Source: a virus
Lineage: Duplodnaviria; Heunggongvirae; Uroviricota; Caudoviricetes
Length of the DNA: 9,071 bases
Reading direction: 5' to 3' (one strand)
Virus record (IMG/VR): IMGVR_UViG_3300029043_000159
Part shown: one piece after another, positions 7,336 to 9,071 of the stretch
Position numbering within the stretch: the stretch's first letter is position 1
Layout of the letters: each line of letters opens with the position of its first letter
Made by a program: the position numbers and the translations under genes
The notes under the pieces: model-generated
The model's input: the letters and a program-made list of their open reading frames with translations, nothing else
The model's database searches: none
Told to the model about the DNA's origin: nothing

Positions 7336-7650
7336 TTAATGTTTTCCGGCATATGTAAAAGTCTCCCGGGCGTTTCGATTCAATTCGCGCCATTGCTCTG
7401 ACAGATGGCAACAATTCATCAGCAAAACCGTGCTTAAGACATTCTTTTCCATCTAAGTTTCATCTTCCTGCATGTCGGCAATTTCCTGTGCCGATTTGCC
7501 CGTTTTTCTGGCATAAGCAGGGATTAATACGGTTTCTACCTTACCCAGCAAATCAGCATAATCACGCATATCGCCAGAGATACCCCACGGCTTATGGATC
7601 ATCATGCAACACATTCGAAATATGCCTCTGTTAATTAAGCCTTTTTTCTG
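7336..7650 (-). pseudogene. Remnant of a ClpP-family (S14-like) serine protease gene, possibly a phage prohead protease: 5'-truncated with an in-frame TAG
   Basis: Minus-strand frame reads …NRGIFRMCCMMIHKPWGISGDMRDYADLLGKVETVLIPAYARKTGKSAQEIADMQEDET*MEKNVLSTVLL…. 'MMIHKPWG … TGKSAQEIADMQED' parallels E. coli ClpP 'RVMIHQPLGG … TGQSLEQIERDTERD' (catalytic His region). The frame opens only after a stop at 7651-7653 with no upstream coding partner, and has an in-frame TAG (plus 7453-7455). By-eye homology from memory. Confidence 0.45.
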
Positions 7651-7710
7651 CTAATGGGCATTGGTTAACTCCAAATGCAATACACCACCATTTATATGGT
7701 TAAAGGCACG

Positions 7711-7739
7711 TTGCATTGAGTTACACATAGTAATATATT
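7711..7739 (+). promoter_or_regulatory. Candidate sigma70 promoter TTGCAT-N17-TATATT driving the AT-rich plus-strand cassette
   Basis: -35 'ttgcat' at 7711-7716, 17-nt spacer, -10 'tatatt' at 7734-7739, within very AT-rich DNA. Confidence 0.4.
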
Positions 7740-7797
7740 AATAAAAAAAATAAATTATGGTATTACTAATGGACATTATCGGCTTCGTTAATAACCC

Positions 7798-8376
7798 GTG
7801 GTTTGTAGGTATCGCTGGAGGGGACTTATTACAACCTGGATTGGTCGCAAGGTTTTTTCTGGTAAAGACAAAAAAGAGTATTTGCTAAAGGTCGAGGCGA
7901 CTAACAAAGAAATAGTTTACTCTTTACGGTCAGCTATATCTGACGCTATCCACCATGATAGAAAAGTAATATTGAGTTTAATGGCTGCAACTGCAAGAAA
8001 AAATGGCGTTTTGCTAAAAGACATTTACACTATTAAAGAAATCACGGAGGATTTAATTAAGGAAGTGATTGATTCTAGCTTCATCCCTTCAGATTATAAA
8101 AAGAATTTTTGCGAAACTCTTTCGAAGATTTATCTCCATGCTGAACCAGCAACAGAAGAATCTTCAGAGAAATATATTTATGAGAAAGAGCAAGCCGCTC
8201 ATCTTTCTAGAAAAAACGAAAGTATCATTGCGAGTGCTACAACTCTTCTTGGCGTTATGGTAGCCTTATTAACGTTCGCATTATCATTCATTCAAAGCGG
8301 TAGTTCAGCACTTGACACACTTCGGGAAGCGCTATTCTTTGGAATTGGGCCGGCTATAGCAAAGTATTCCCAGTAG
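7798..8376 (+). CDS. Hypothetical protein with a single C-terminal transmembrane helix (up to 192 codons; true start uncertain, an in-frame ATG at 7981 would give 131 aa)
   Basis: Only sizeable plus-strand ORF in the AT-rich cassette; AT-rich codon usage. Hydrophobic segment 'IIASATTLLGVMVALLTFALSFI' near the C-terminus. No family recognised. The GTG at 7798 has no obvious Shine-Dalgarno sequence. Confidence 0.45.
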   Translation: MVCRYRWRGLITTWIGRKVFSGKDKKEYLLKVEATNKEIVYSLRSAISDAIHHDRKVILSLMAATARKNGVLLKDIYTIKEITEDLIKEVIDSSFIPSDYKKNFCETLSKIYLHAEPATEESSEKYIYEKEQAAHLSRKNESIIASATTLLGVMVALLTFALSFIQSGSSALDTLREALFFGIGPAIAKYSQ

Positions 8377-8405
8377 CTTTCCCAGCTTTCATCGCGTTGG
8401 TGTCA

Positions 8406-8546
8406 ATGATGATATTGGTCATAATAAAAACAGTAATAAATAAAAAGGAAAGGACCTTCTTTATTTCAGCAGAGCCACAGGAGAATAAAAATAATAAAAC
8501 AGAAAACGCTAAGAAAGAAAGTGGCGATGAAAAAGATTCGAAGTAG
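8406..8546 (+). CDS. Possible small membrane peptide (46 aa from the ATG; the frame is open upstream and encodes a hydrophobic stretch followed by a Lys/Glu-rich tail)
   Basis: Open frame from 8316 reads …FPAFIALVSMMILVIIKTVINKKERTFFISAEPQENKNNKTENAKKESGDEKDSK*. It overlaps the 3' end of the 192-codon ORF in another frame; no clear ribosome-binding site. Confidence 0.2.
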   Translation: MMILVIIKTVINKKERTFFISAEPQENKNNKTENAKKESGDEKDSK

Positions 8547-8578
8547 TTTTTTGTAAATTGACTTCAAATAACAGATTA

Positions 8579-8606
8579 AAGGTTGCTCCGATATGGGGTA
8601 ACCTTT
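8579..8606 (+). terminator. Weak hairpin plus T-rich tract, possible terminator for the plus-strand cassette
   Basis: 'aaggtt' … 'aacctt' with a 16-nt loop, followed by 'ttatatattttta'. Weak. Confidence 0.2.
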
Positions 8607-8653
8607 TATATATTTTTATACAGATATACTCGGTCATTTATGGAATATTATGA

Positions 8654-9071
8654 TTAAGCCCATAACTCACCACTTTCTGATTCTTGCGCCCTTCGAACCA
8701 TCTCATCGCGTAAATCATCTATAACGCCCTGAACACGCGATACCGCTGACGGCGTTAACGCACAATCTCGTTAGAGGATATCCGGAAGCGTTTCCAGTTC
8801 CTGAACAACAGCCTTTGCCAGGGTGGAATATTCACGCGCAACCTCTTCAGAGGGTAGAAGCTCCCGTTCTTCTTTTTCGAGCTTGAGCCTTTCATTTTCC
8901 CACTGATACCATGCCTTTCTATCCTGCGGCGACATTTCACCATTTCCTCGCACCGATGGCATGATAAGCACTCGTAAGGCTTTCCCAAGTTCGTACTGTT
9001 TAAGGTTTTCCCCGTTCCCGCCGACTAACTCCAGATCACGCAGCCGCCGCGCAACCAAGTTACGATTCATG
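8654..9071 (-). pseudogene. Second, diverged terminase-small-subunit-like gene: in-frame TAA (plus 8771-8773), 5' end beyond the window
   Basis: Minus-strand frame reads …SPQDRKAWYQWENERLKLEKEERELLPSEEVAREYSTLAKAVVQELETLPDIL*RDCALTPSAVSRVQGVIDDLRDEMVRRAQESESGELWA*. It aligns along its length with copy 1 (…EPHDRKAWYQSERERLKFEQETAQLIPADDVRKEMAIWGEVVSEELAKLPNILARDAGLKPMAVNRVQSIIDDLRNQIISRMV…); the TAA sits where copy 1 has Ala. The N-terminal alignment implies the true start is past position 9071. Confidence 0.6.

Noticed and set aside
7025-7352. ORFs 7025..7255 (+), 7067..7300 (-) and 7170..7352 (-)
   Set aside because: They run across the AT-rich promoter region, the GC-rich cos-like segment and the 16-bp terminator palindrome; 7170..7352 is an out-of-frame stretch at the 3' end of the ClpP-like remnant.
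7757-7888. 43-aa ORF (MVLLMDIIGFVNNPWFVGIAGG…) starting 11 nt after the predicted transcription start of the cassette
   Set aside because: No Shine-Dalgarno sequence and it overlaps the larger ORF. A leaderless small hydrophobic peptide cannot be excluded, but the evidence is too thin to call.

Overview
Enterobacterial (E. coli-type) chromosome segment: the 3' end of dnaG, then rpoD, mug (minus strand) and the tRNA-Ile(CAU) gene ileX, followed by an accessory region. All protein identities are from reading the supplied translations against remembered E. coli/lambda sequences; no database search was run. Two things interrupt the conserved backbone. First, a complete 1426-bp IS4 copy with a 13-bp target duplication sits in the hairpin of the convergent rpoD/mug terminator. 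Second, downstream of ileX lies a decayed phage- or satellite-like region read on the minus strand: an intact terminase-small-subunit-like gene (lambda Nu1-like) translationally coupled to a 95-aa ORF, a ClpP-like protease remnant with an in-frame TAG, and a diverged second Nu1-like copy with an in-frame TAA that runs off the window edge. No large-terminase gene is present. Between the two decayed genes is an AT-rich ~1 kb cassette on the opposite strand, with a near-consensus promoter and an unrecognised 192-codon ORF ending in a membrane helix. This cassette is the best candidate for an undescribed accessory function (possibly phage exclusion or abortive infection), but that is inference only.
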